Shown: piece after piece, positions 53,271 to 62,589 of the stretch
Position numbering within the stretch: the stretch's first letter is position 1
How the letters are laid out: every line of letters begins with the position of its first letter
From: an uncultured Calditrichota bacterium
GTDB lineage: Bacteria > Calditrichota > Calditrichia > Calditrichales > CAYPHA01
Reading direction: 5' to 3'
Length of the DNA: 64,000 nt
Assembly (NCBI GenBank): GCA_964410215.1
Contig: CAYPHA010000012.1
Span: 6,308-70,307 of the forward strand
The notes under the pieces: model-generated
The model's database searches: none
What the model was told of the DNA's origin: nothing
What the model saw: only the letters and a program-made list of their open reading frames with translations
Position numbers and translations under genes: made by a program

Positions 53271-54428
53271 ATGTCCGGGAATGTATTGGAATTTGAGCTA
53301 ATTCATACAGATAACGATACGAAAGCAAGGGCCGGAATTCTCCGAACAGATCATGGTCCTGTAGAAACACCTGTATTTATGCCTGTAGGGACACAGGCTA
53401 CCGTAAAAACCCTGACTCCAAGGGATCTCGAAGAAAACCGTGCGCAGATTATCCTGGCCAATACGTATCACCTGTTTTTACGTCCGGGAGGTCAACGGAT
53501 TGCGGATTTCGGCGGGTTACACCGCTTCATGAGCTGGAGCGGTCCTATCCTGACAGACAGCGGTGGATATCAGGTATACAGCTTGAAAGAACTCAGGAAA
53601 ATCGATCCGGAAGGGGTTTCTTTTCAGTCGCATCTCGACGGTTCACATCACCGATTCACGCCTGAGAATGTGATCGACATTCAACGGCAGCTCGGTAGTG
53701 ATATCATGATGGTACTCGACGAATGCCCGGCCTATCCATCGGATACACTGAACATTACAAAATCAGCCGAACTGTCACTTGATTGGGCGCGAAGGGCCAG
53801 GGTCTATTATGATCAGACAATACCACAACACGGTTATGATCAGTGGCTCTTTGGAATTGTCCAGGGCGGTGTATATGAGTCCGTACGTCGGGAAAACGCG
53901 AACGCTCTCGTGACATTGGATTTTCCCGGATATGCCATCGGCGGGCTGGCTGTAGGTGAACCGGAAGAAGACCGGTTATCCATGACTGCTGTATGTACCG
54001 GTATCCTGCCGGAAAATAAACCACGGTACCTCATGGGAGTGGGTAAACCGTCAGACTTGCTGAAATCCATCGAATTAGGGGTGGACATGTTTGATTGTGT
54101 TATTCCAACCCGCAACGCCCGCAACGGTACTGTTTTTACCTGGAAGGGAAAAGTGGTCATCAAGGCAGGACGATACAGCGATGATAACGGTCCCATAGAT
54201 GCGGATTGTACCTGTTATGCCTGTCAGACGTTTACGCGGGGATATATACGTCATCTGTTCAATACCAATGAAATTCTGGGAATGCATCTGGCGACACTGC
54301 ACAATGTACATTTTTATATACAACTCATGGAAGAAGCCAGAAGACAGATCATGAATGATACCTATGCCCAATGGAAGGCACATATTCTTCCGTTCATTTC
54401 ATCGTCTCAAAATGAAGAATCAAAATAA
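53271..54428 (+). CDS. tgt: queuine tRNA-ribosyltransferase (tRNA-guanine transglycosylase)
   Basis: TPVFMPVGT, LTDSGGYQV, DCVIPTRNARNG and Zn-site CxCxxC (CTCYAC) motifs. Confidence 0.92.
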   Translation: MSGNVLEFELIHTDNDTKARAGILRTDHGPVETPVFMPVGTQATVKTLTPRDLEENRAQIILANTYHLFLRPGGQRIADFGGLHRFMSWSGPILTDSGGYQVYSLKELRKIDPEGVSFQSHLDGSHHRFTPENVIDIQRQLGSDIMMVLDECPAYPSDTLNITKSAELSLDWARRARVYYDQTIPQHGYDQWLFGIVQGGVYESVRRENANALVTLDFPGYAIGGLAVGEPEEDRLSMTAVCTGILPENKPRYLMGVGKPSDLLKSIELGVDMFDCVIPTRNARNGTVFTWKGKVVIKAGRYSDDNGPIDADCTCYACQTFTRGYIRHLFNTNEILGMHLATLHNVHFYIQLMEEARRQIMNDTYAQWKAHILPFISSSQNEESK

Positions 54429-54442
54429 CCAGAGGAGTTTCT

Positions 54443-54766
54443 ATGGTCGAATTTATTTTATTATCACCACCGGCGGGCGGAGGAGCCAATCCACTCCTGC
54501 AGTTTTTACCGTTTATCCTGATTTTTGTTATTATTTATTTCCTGATGATGCGCCCGCAAATAAAAAAGCAGAAGGAAAAACAGAAGATGCTGGAAGCGAT
54601 TAAAAAAGGCGATAATGTCATAACGATGGGGGGCATTCACGGTAAAGTGATGGGATTTAAGGATGAGGATAAAACGGTCATCGTAAAAGTTGACGAGAAC
54701 GTAAAGCTGAATATCGAAAAATCGGCTATAAATGTTGTAAATCCGGTGGGTAAGACACAGCCATGA
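54443..54766 (+). CDS. yajC: preprotein translocase subunit YajC
   Basis: Single TM then MMRPQIKKQKEKQKMLEAIKKGDNVITMGGIHGKV, the YajC signature. Confidence 0.88.
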   Translation: MVEFILLSPPAGGGANPLLQFLPFILIFVIIYFLMMRPQIKKQKEKQKMLEAIKKGDNVITMGGIHGKVMGFKDEDKTVIVKVDENVKLNIEKSAINVVNPVGKTQP

Positions 54767-55695
54767 GGCTGATTTTTATGGGAACACCGGAATTTGCAGT
54801 GGTTTCCCTGGAAAAACTGTTGCAATCCGGTCATGACGTCGCCGCCGTTGTCACTGCTCCGGATAAACCCATGGGACGCGGACAGAAAACAGGCATCTCT
54901 GCCGTAAAAAAGTTTGCACTGGATAACCGTTTGCCACTGGTTCAAACGGAATCCCTCAGGGATCCCGCCTTTATCACGCAATTAAGAGAGTACCAGGCGG
55001 ATGTCTTTGTCGTGGTTGCCTTCCGGATTCTGCCCCGGGAAGTTTTTACGATACCGGAACATGGGACAATTAATCTGCATGCCTCACTCCTTCCAAAATA
55101 CCGCGGAGCTGCGCCGATAAACTGGGCGATCATTCATGGCGAGAAGGAATCAGGTGTCACGACAATTGGTATTGACGATAAAGTGGATACCGGTGATATT
55201 CTCCTTCAGGCCACAACACCCTTACCGGCAGATATGACGGCCGGGGAATTGCATGATCGTTTGGCCGTCCTCGGTGCAGAGTTGCTTGTTGAAACGCTCA
55301 AGGGACTTGAAGAAGGGCAGATGCAACCGTTACAACAGCAGGATGCGCAGGCTTCCAAAGCACCTAAATTGACAAGGGAGCTGTGCCGGCTTGATTTTAA
55401 TCGTCCTGCTATGGAAGTTCATAACAAGATCCGCGGACTGAGCCCTTATCCGGGTGCCTACAGTGTCTTCAGGGGACAACAAATAAAAATACTGCGAACA
55501 AGCTGTCCTGATTCCGGATCTGCTGCGGAGAACCTCCCCGGGGCGGTAAGGGCGGTTAGAAAAGATTCTTTCGATATTAATTGTTCCGAAGGAATGATAA
55601 CCGTTCACGAGGTACAGCCTGAAGGAAAACGAAAAATGACGGCAGCGTCCTTCATCAACGGCAGTCATCTGGAAAAAGGCGAGCACTTTGAATGA
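54763..55695 (+). CDS. fmt: methionyl-tRNA formyltransferase
   Basis: IFMGTPEFAV and NLHASLLPKYRGAAPINWAI motifs. ATGA-type overlap with yajC. Confidence 0.92.
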   Translation: MRLIFMGTPEFAVVSLEKLLQSGHDVAAVVTAPDKPMGRGQKTGISAVKKFALDNRLPLVQTESLRDPAFITQLREYQADVFVVVAFRILPREVFTIPEHGTINLHASLLPKYRGAAPINWAIIHGEKESGVTTIGIDDKVDTGDILLQATTPLPADMTAGELHDRLAVLGAELLVETLKGLEEGQMQPLQQQDAQASKAPKLTRELCRLDFNRPAMEVHNKIRGLSPYPGAYSVFRGQQIKILRTSCPDSGSAAENLPGAVRAVRKDSFDINCSEGMITVHEVQPEGKRKMTAASFINGSHLEKGEHFE

Positions 55696-55733
55696 AAGAT
55701 TAATGTATAACCCTAATTAAAAAGGAGTTATTT

Positions 55734-55940
55734 ATGAGTTCAACGTACAAGATTATTGAAATCGTCGGAACTTCTGAATCCGGCTTCGATCAGGCCGTTC
55801 AGAATGCCGTCGAAAAAGCATCTGAAACAGTTAAAGCCATTTCGTGGTTTCAGGTACTGGAGCAGAGAGGGGCGGTTAAAGACGGCCTTGTAACAGAATA
55901 CCAGGTGATTCTCAAAGTTGGTTTTAAGCTGGTCGACTGA
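55734..55940 (+). CDS. dodecin-family flavin-binding protein
   Basis: The 68-aa sequence YKIIEIVGTSESGFDQAVQNAV...WFQVLEQRGAV.DG.V.EYQVILKVGFKL matches the dodecin pattern. Confidence 0.8.
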   Translation: MSSTYKIIEIVGTSESGFDQAVQNAVEKASETVKAISWFQVLEQRGAVKDGLVTEYQVILKVGFKLVD

Positions 55941-55955
55941 TATATTACCTTCGTT

Positions 55956-55989
55956 ACAGGCAGGTCTGTCAGGCCTGCCTGTTTTTATT
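55956..55989 (+). terminator. intrinsic terminator after the dodecin gene
   Basis: ACAGGCAGG / CCTGCCTGT 9-bp stem followed by TTTTATT. Confidence 0.75.
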
Positions 55990-56120
55990 CATGGAATTTA
56001 ACCGTTTGGTAATCGGTTGATAAAATATCGTAAAAGTTGTAACTTTAATGACTTAGGTAAAAATTTACGACCGAAGTTAATTATAAGGGATAAAAAAACT
56101 AATTAGTCATTGGAATTAAA

Positions 56121-57695
56121 ATGATGGAAATAGTCGTACCTGTGATCGTCTTTTTACTTGGGCTCGGCTTCGGAATAACAGGTTATTACCTTGTTCTGCG
56201 AAATTCTAAAAAGACGGCTAAAATAATCCGGGAAAATGCACAACGCGAAGTCGAAAAGATTAATAAAGATCGGCTTTACAAATTCAAGCTTGAATTGCAA
56301 AACCGCCGCAATCAGTTTCAAAATGAATTACGGCAAAAAGAAGAGAAGGTGACGCGCATTGAATCGCAGTTGCTTTCCAAAGAAAAAGACCTGCGTAAAG
56401 GCGAAAACAACATACGGATCCTCGAGAATCGCATTAAAAACAAGGAAAAGAAGATAAACGAACTTGAGGAGGTTTTGTATGAAAAACACAGGAAATTGGA
56501 TCAACTTATCGATCAGCAGAATCAGAAACTGGAAAAAGTTGCCAATTTTTCGATAGAAGATGCGAAGCAACAATTGTTCAAGAATCTGGAAAGCAAGGTC
56601 AAGCTCGAGGCTGTGCAGATGGCAAATGATATAAAGTCTGAAGCAAAAGAGCGGGCGCAGCGGGAAGCTAAGGAAATTATTGCCGGTGCCATTGAAAATC
56701 TGGCCTACGAGTTTACGATGGAATCCACTCTGGCCACGGTCGAACTGCCGAATGAACGCTTCAAAGGGATGATTATCGGCAGGGAAGGACGAAATATTAA
56801 AGCTTTCGAGGAAGCGACCGGTGTTAAAGTAATTGTAGATGACACGCCCGAACTCGTCGTTCTTTCCGGCTTCGATCCCGTCGCCAGGGAAATTGCTAGA
56901 AACGCGATGCAGAGCATGATCAAAAATAAAACCATAAACGTTAATGCCATTCAGCAAGCTGTGCAAAAGGCGACAAGCGAAGTCAAGCGGTCCATCCAGA
57001 AAGCGGCCGATGAAACACTGAGGGAACTGAAATTAAATGATATCCATCCTGTTATGAAAGAGAACCTGGGGCGGCTTAAATACCGTTACAGCTATGGCCA
57101 GAATATGCTGCAGCACTCGAAGGAAGTCGCTTACCTGTCAGGGGCTATGGCCGCGGATCTGGGCTTTAATGTGAAACTGGCCCGTCGTGCCGGTCTCTTT
57201 CACGATATCGGTAAAGCGGTCAGTAATAATTCAGAAGGCAGCCATGTGACACTCGGCGTTGAACTCGCTGAAAAATGCAAGGAACACGAAGTCGTCATTA
57301 ACGCGATCCTGGCGCATCATGAGGAAGCGGAACCAATTTCTCCAATCTCGGTACTTGTTACCGCAGCCGACCGTATCAGCGGAAGCCGTCCCGGTGCCCG
57401 TCGTGATACGCTGGAAGCCTATACAAAACGGATTTCGCAGCTTGAAGATATTGCCAATTCATTTGAAGGTGTGTCAAAAACATACGCTATCTCAGCCGGC
57501 CGGGAAATACGCGTGATCGTCGAACCCGATAAAATCGATGATGCACAGGCCCAGTTACTGTCCTCGGAAATTGCTTCAAAAATCCGGGAATCCATGGAGT
57601 TTCCCGGGCAGATCAAAGTTTGCGTCGTCCGGCAGACCGTTTCGTCGAAATATACGGATGACTACGAAGAGACAATGAATCTCGATGACCGATAA
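56121..57695 (+). CDS. rny: ribonuclease Y
   Basis: N-terminal TM, long coiled coil, KH domain (IIGREGRNIKAFE) and HD domain (LFHDIGKA). Confidence 0.92.
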   Translation: MMEIVVPVIVFLLGLGFGITGYYLVLRNSKKTAKIIRENAQREVEKINKDRLYKFKLELQNRRNQFQNELRQKEEKVTRIESQLLSKEKDLRKGENNIRILENRIKNKEKKINELEEVLYEKHRKLDQLIDQQNQKLEKVANFSIEDAKQQLFKNLESKVKLEAVQMANDIKSEAKERAQREAKEIIAGAIENLAYEFTMESTLATVELPNERFKGMIIGREGRNIKAFEEATGVKVIVDDTPELVVLSGFDPVAREIARNAMQSMIKNKTINVNAIQQAVQKATSEVKRSIQKAADETLRELKLNDIHPVMKENLGRLKYRYSYGQNMLQHSKEVAYLSGAMAADLGFNVKLARRAGLFHDIGKAVSNNSEGSHVTLGVELAEKCKEHEVVINAILAHHEEAEPISPISVLVTAADRISGSRPGARRDTLEAYTKRISQLEDIANSFEGVSKTYAISAGREIRVIVEPDKIDDAQAQLLSSEIASKIRESMEFPGQIKVCVVRQTVSSKYTDDYEETMNLDDR

Positions 57696-57717
57696 CGAAC
57701 GATCCAATGGTGTGAAT

Positions 57718-57749
57718 GCCGGGAGTTTTACTTCCGGCATTTTTTTTTG
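57718..57749 (+). terminator. intrinsic terminator after rny
   Basis: GCCGGGAG-TTTTA-CTTCCGGC hairpin followed by A and T9. Confidence 0.8.
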
Positions 57750-57816
57750 AAAAAATGGAAATGTATTGGACAAAATTTTAGTTATGATACCAGTAAATTC
57801 CAGGAGGTCTTTTATA

Positions 57817-58140
57817 ATGTTAAATGTAAGCACTACAGCTGTAGGAAAAATAAAACAGATTCTCACAGAAGAGAAAAAAGAAGGATGGGCCCTTCGCATC
57901 GGCATTAAAGGCGGCGGCTGCTCAGGATTTACCTATGCGCTGAACCTGGCTGATAAACCCGCTGATACAGACCAGATTTTTGATTTCGAGGGTGTAAAAG
58001 TGGTTGTCGATTCAAAAAGCATCGTTTATCTGGCGGGAACGGAACTGGATTATACCGATGGTTTAAACGGATCCGGCTTTGTTTTTAATAATCCTAATGC
58101 CACGCGTACGTGCGGTTGTGGCAGTTCCTTCAGCGCTTAG
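57817..58140 (+). CDS. HesB/IscA-family iron-sulfur cluster insertion protein
   Basis: GCSGF and C-terminal CGCGSSF motifs. ATG at 57817 follows AGGAGG with a 9-nt spacer; the track start at 57766 is less likely. Confidence 0.85.
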   Translation: MLNVSTTAVGKIKQILTEEKKEGWALRIGIKGGGCSGFTYALNLADKPADTDQIFDFEGVKVVVDSKSIVYLAGTELDYTDGLNGSGFVFNNPNATRTCGCGSSFSA

Positions 58141-58178
58141 AATACATTTTGCAGAAGGCCGGGGGGCCTTTTCGCGGA

Positions 58179-58217
58179 GGAAAACCTCTTTTTACATACT
58201 GAGGTTTTCCTTTTTTT
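58179..58217 (+). terminator. intrinsic terminator after the iscA-like gene
   Basis: GGAAAACCTC / GAGGTTTTCC 10-bp stem with a 12-nt loop, followed by T7. Confidence 0.7.
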
Positions 58218-58329
58218 GTATATATGACAGAAGCGATAAGAAAACGGTGTCAGGCGCTCTGAAATATTTGCATAATATTTTATTATTATTATATCTTTGT
58301 ATGGTAAACAATAGCATAAAGAAGGTGCA

Positions 58330-58827
58330 ATGCACAGAATTCGTTATATCGGGGATCCCATTCTGAGAGTAAAAGGGGAGGCCATTGAACAGTTTAACGG
58401 AGATTTGCACAACCTCGTCAGTGAAATGATCGATGTCATGCACCGCGAAGATGGTATCGGTCTGGCAGCTCCCCAGGTAGGATTAAGTAAACAGCTTCTC
58501 GTACTGGATATTTCCAGTATCGAAAAAGAAGAAAAACCGCGGGTTTTTATCAATCCGGACATCGTATCCTATTCGGGTGAATCGGTTGTGGAAGAAGGCT
58601 GCCTGTCCATACCGGGAGTCAGGGAAGAAGTCACGAGACCGGAAACCATAAAACTGTCCTATATGAATGAAAATGGTGATTCCTTCGAAGAAGAATATGA
58701 CGGCTGGCTGGCCCGTGTCCTGCAACATGAAATCGACCATTTAAATGGAATTTTATTTGTGGATCACATCAGCCCGCTAAAGCGACAGATGCTTATTCAA
58801 CAGAATGCTATCCCTGAACAATACTGA
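58330..58827 (+). CDS. def: peptide deformylase
   Basis: GIGLAAPQVG, EGCLSIPG and QHEIDHLNG motifs. Confidence 0.93.
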   Translation: MHRIRYIGDPILRVKGEAIEQFNGDLHNLVSEMIDVMHREDGIGLAAPQVGLSKQLLVLDISSIEKEEKPRVFINPDIVSYSGESVVEEGCLSIPGVREEVTRPETIKLSYMNENGDSFEEEYDGWLARVLQHEIDHLNGILFVDHISPLKRQMLIQQNAIPEQY

Positions 58828-58844
58828 AATAATCAGGCACATAC

Positions 58845-60350
58845 ATGTTCCAGATTGCCACTCTTTCTCCTGAACAACCGCTTAAAACAGATCTTCTGGT
58901 CATATTTCTGGATGAAGCCTACTGTAAAAAACCGGATAAGAATCCTGCCGTTCTCGCTGAACCTTTTAGTAATCTGATATCCAGATACCTGAAGTTTAAA
59001 GATTTCAGTGGATCCCTGAAAGAAACCCTGGTCATATATCCGGAAAGCCTATCAGATGTGCGCCGTATTGCACTGATCGGTACCGGAAATAAATCTGAAT
59101 ATGATCCTGACATCCTGCTTGGCCTTGGTTTTACGGCTGCAAAAATTCAAGAGCAGGTCAAAGCCCGAAAAGTGCATATTCTGCCGGGCAGTCTGCACGT
59201 TTTTTCCGAAGTGACGGTCCGAAATATCCTTGAAGGCATCCGCTATCAACGCTACCGGTTTGAGAAATACAAGAGCAAACCTGAAAACCCGGCCACAGAA
59301 ACCCGCTTTATTTTACTTTGTGATAATGCAGTCCCGGTATCCCGGCTACGAAAGACAATTAAGAAAACGGGGCAGACCATGGACAGCGTCGATCTGGCCC
59401 GGAATCTCGCTGATTTGCCTTCGAATGACTGTACACCGGAGATTATCCGCAAAATGGCCGTGAAACACTTTTCCGGACGCAAGAATATAAACGTTTCCTG
59501 CCTGGATGCGGAAAAACTGAAAAAGTTGAAAATGAATGCCATACGCGCTGTCGCTAAAGGAAGCCGGGAACATCCATTACTTCTGTTGATGCATTATAAG
59601 CCGGATAAACCGGTTAATAAACGTCTAGCCGTCATCGGCAAAGGTGTTACGTTCGATTCCGGCGGAATCAGTATTAAACCATCATCTGGTATGGATGAGA
59701 TGAAATATGATATGTCGGGCGGTGCTGCGACGATTGGTATTCTGGATGCCGTGTCCTTCCTCAAACCCGGATTTGAAGTAATTGGCGTGGTACCTCTGGT
59801 TGAAAATATGCCCGGTTCATGCGCCCTTAAACCCGGCGATGTGATCCGCACGTACAGTGGTAAAACCGTTGAAATTATCAATACTGATGCGGAAGGCCGA
59901 CTGATACTCGCTGATGCGATAGCTTATACCGAAAAGATATTCAAACCGGGAATTATACTTGATCTGGCCACGCTTACGGGATCGATAATGGCCGCCCTCG
60001 GTGATAAAGCCGCCGGCGTGTTCTCGAACGATGAGGAGCTGACCCGCTGCCTCGTCGACAGTGGTGAACGATGCGGGGATCGCTTGTGGCCCATGCCCAC
60101 CTGGGATATTTATAAAGAAGAACTTAAAAGTCACATTGCCGATATCAAAAACCTGGGCGGAAAGTGGGGGGGTGCCATAAGTGCTGCAAAGTTCCTGGAG
60201 TTTTTTGTTACGCAAACCAAATGGGCGCACATTGATATGGCAGGCACTGCAAATGATGTCAAGGATAGAGATTATCTTGATAAAGGCGCAACCGGTTATG
60301 GTATCCGGCTGGTGCTTAACGCACTTGATGATTTTGCCAGGCTGCTGTAA
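58845..60350 (+). CDS. pepA: leucyl aminopeptidase (M17 family)
   Basis: GKGVTFDSGGISIKP and NTDAEGRLILADA motifs. Confidence 0.9.
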   Translation: MFQIATLSPEQPLKTDLLVIFLDEAYCKKPDKNPAVLAEPFSNLISRYLKFKDFSGSLKETLVIYPESLSDVRRIALIGTGNKSEYDPDILLGLGFTAAKIQEQVKARKVHILPGSLHVFSEVTVRNILEGIRYQRYRFEKYKSKPENPATETRFILLCDNAVPVSRLRKTIKKTGQTMDSVDLARNLADLPSNDCTPEIIRKMAVKHFSGRKNINVSCLDAEKLKKLKMNAIRAVAKGSREHPLLLLMHYKPDKPVNKRLAVIGKGVTFDSGGISIKPSSGMDEMKYDMSGGAATIGILDAVSFLKPGFEVIGVVPLVENMPGSCALKPGDVIRTYSGKTVEIINTDAEGRLILADAIAYTEKIFKPGIILDLATLTGSIMAALGDKAAGVFSNDEELTRCLVDSGERCGDRLWPMPTWDIYKEELKSHIADIKNLGGKWGGAISAAKFLEFFVTQTKWAHIDMAGTANDVKDRDYLDKGATGYGIRLVLNALDDFARLL

Positions 60351-60396
60351 ACCGTATCTTACATTTCTTCTTATTTAACTATTACCGAGGTGTTCT

Positions 60397-62403
60397 ATGT
60401 TGACACTCCCTGAACAGATCGGATTTTTCGTCTTGCTGACTGTCTCCATTAGTTTAAGTATCCGTTCTTTTTCCATGATGATTCGTATAATAAAACGTGG
60501 ACAGGGTGTACTGCATCCCGACAATTTTTTAAGCGGAATCAGGGAAGCGCTTTCTGTTCTTATAACACAGAAAACAGTTCTGAAAAAAAGACCTGTAGTC
60601 AGTGTACTTCATGCCTTTATTGCATGGGCTTTTATTCTCTATTTTCTTGTCAATATCGGGGACGTATTGATGGGATTTATACCCGGTTTTCATTTCCTTG
60701 GAAGGGGGGCCGTAGGTAACATTTACCGGTTTTTTGTTGATATTTTCAGTGTTCTGGCTATCATTTCCATGATTTATTTTTTACTGCGCAGGTTTGTTTT
60801 CGGGTCTGGCCAGCTTCGAATTGCTGATAAGGTGCTTGTCCTTCCCGAAGCCCGCTTCGGAATGCGCCGCGATTCGCTGATAGTCGGTTTTTTTATACTA
60901 TTTCATATCGGTTTCCGTTTTCTCGGTGAAACAATTCATATCTCCCTCACGCAACCTGATCCCTGGCAACCCATGGCATCAGTACTATCACACCTGTGGG
61001 GTTCTGTGGACAGCCAGCTGGCCATTGTGTCCTACCATGTATCCTGGTGGCTTGCCGTCGGTTTAATACTTGTATTTATTCCGTATTTTCCATTCAGCAA
61101 ACACGCGCACCTATTTATGGGACCCGTTAATTATCTATTCAGACCGCGACGGCCGGTTTACGGTACAATGGGCCGCCTGAATCTGGAGGATGAAGACGCC
61201 GAACAGTTCGGCGTGGCTACTCTGGAACATCTCGATAAAAAACATATACTGGACGCCTATGCCTGCATTATGTGTAACCGCTGTCAGGATGCCTGCCCGG
61301 CTTATGTGACGGGTAAGGAATTAAGCCCGTCGGCTCTGGAAATAAATAAACGGTACTTCATTAACAGAAACCAAAAACAGATCGTATCGGAAGAGGGCAG
61401 CGGTCAACCCCTGGTCGGTTTTGCCATCAGCACATCTGCCTTATGGGCCTGTACCAGCTGTGCTGCCTGCATCGAAGTCTGCCCGGTTGGAAATGAACCA
61501 ATGCAGGATATTCTAAATATGAGGCGGGACCGGGTTCTGATGGAATCCGACTTCCCGAAACAGCTGCAGGGTGCCTTTAACGGCATGGAACGGAATTCGA
61601 ATCCCTGGAATATGAACGAAGACCGTCTCATTTGGGCGAAAGAAGAGGCGGCTTTGAATGTAAAAACCGTGGAAGAGAATCCGGATTTCGATATCCTCTA
61701 CTGGGTAGGTTGTGCCGGAGCATTTGAAGCCCGTGCGCAGAACATTGCCCGGGCATTTGTGAAAATTCTCCATGCCGCCGATGTAAATTTCTCCGTTCTG
61801 GGAAATCTGGAAAAGTGCACCGGGGACAGCGCCCGGCGCGCCGGCAATGAATACCTTTTCAGTATGATGGCAGAGGAAAATGTCGCCATACTGAACAATA
61901 AAAATGTAAAGAAAATTGTGACGACCTGTCCCCATTGCCTGCATACCCTGAAAAATGAATACCCGCAATTCGGCGGGCACTATGAGGTTGTGCACCATTC
62001 CCAGTTTATTGAACAGCTTGTCAGGGAAAAGAAAATTGCATTCGCCAGTACGATGCCTGAACGGATTACCTATCATGATCCCTGTTACCTGGGGAGGCAT
62101 AACCGAATATTTGATGCACCGCGCGCTGATTTAAGATCCGCAGGTCTGGATATTGTTGAGATGAACCGCTCCGGTGTCGACAGCTTCTGTTGTGGCGCGG
62201 GAGGTGCCCAGATGTGGAAAGAGGAAGAACCGGGAGATGAAGATGTGCGAAAAAACCGCTACATAGAGGCCGGTGAAACCGGCGCGTCGGTCCTGGCAAC
62301 GGGTTGTCCCTTTTGTATGACCATGCTGGGTGATGCCGGGAAGGAAATGGACTCAGAACTCCCGGTTCGGGATATTGCGGAAATCCTGGCAGACAGGCTG
62401 TGA
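60397..62403 (+). CDS. membrane-anchored Fe-S oxidoreductase (N-terminal polytopic domain plus 2x[4Fe-4S] plus two CCG domains; HdrD/GlpC/DsrK-like)
   Basis: About 6 TM helices. CIMCNRCQDACP and CTSCAACIEVCP motifs. CCG motifs WVGCAGAF..KCTGD..CPHC and DPCYLGRH..FCCGAGG..GCPFC. Confidence 0.75.
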   Translation: MLTLPEQIGFFVLLTVSISLSIRSFSMMIRIIKRGQGVLHPDNFLSGIREALSVLITQKTVLKKRPVVSVLHAFIAWAFILYFLVNIGDVLMGFIPGFHFLGRGAVGNIYRFFVDIFSVLAIISMIYFLLRRFVFGSGQLRIADKVLVLPEARFGMRRDSLIVGFFILFHIGFRFLGETIHISLTQPDPWQPMASVLSHLWGSVDSQLAIVSYHVSWWLAVGLILVFIPYFPFSKHAHLFMGPVNYLFRPRRPVYGTMGRLNLEDEDAEQFGVATLEHLDKKHILDAYACIMCNRCQDACPAYVTGKELSPSALEINKRYFINRNQKQIVSEEGSGQPLVGFAISTSALWACTSCAACIEVCPVGNEPMQDILNMRRDRVLMESDFPKQLQGAFNGMERNSNPWNMNEDRLIWAKEEAALNVKTVEENPDFDILYWVGCAGAFEARAQNIARAFVKILHAADVNFSVLGNLEKCTGDSARRAGNEYLFSMMAEENVAILNNKNVKKIVTTCPHCLHTLKNEYPQFGGHYEVVHHSQFIEQLVREKKIAFASTMPERITYHDPCYLGRHNRIFDAPRADLRSAGLDIVEMNRSGVDSFCCGAGGAQMWKEEEPGDEDVRKNRYIEAGETGASVLATGCPFCMTMLGDAGKEMDSELPVRDIAEILADRL

Positions 62404-62466
62404 CCAGGCGACCCGGGTGCGCTCACATTGACTCATATCTTATACAATTTTACTGAATATCATCTT

Positions 62467-62495
62467 TTGACATTCCGTACGTAATTTGCTAAATT
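62467..62495 (+). promoter_or_regulatory. candidate promoter of the right-edge gene
   Basis: TTGACA-17 nt-TAAATT, about 95 nt upstream of the ATG at 62590. Confidence 0.35.
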
Positions 62496-62589
62496 TTAAA
62501 GCTTTACTAAAAGTTGCAGGTGGAACATCCGTTTGTTGAAAGCGTATTAATTTTACATGAATGTTACGGAAAAGCTTTAAACGGTATTT

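Noticed and set aside
58155-58170. AAGGCC-GGGG-GGCCTT hairpin as a terminator after the iscA-like gene.
   Set aside because: Only two T residues follow it. The next hairpin (58179-58217), which has T7, is the more credible terminator.
54763-58827. fmt and def are separated by the dodecin, rny and iscA-like genes instead of forming the usual def-fmt pair.
   Set aside because: Gene-order variation of this kind is common outside Proteobacteria and Firmicutes. It is not informative by itself.
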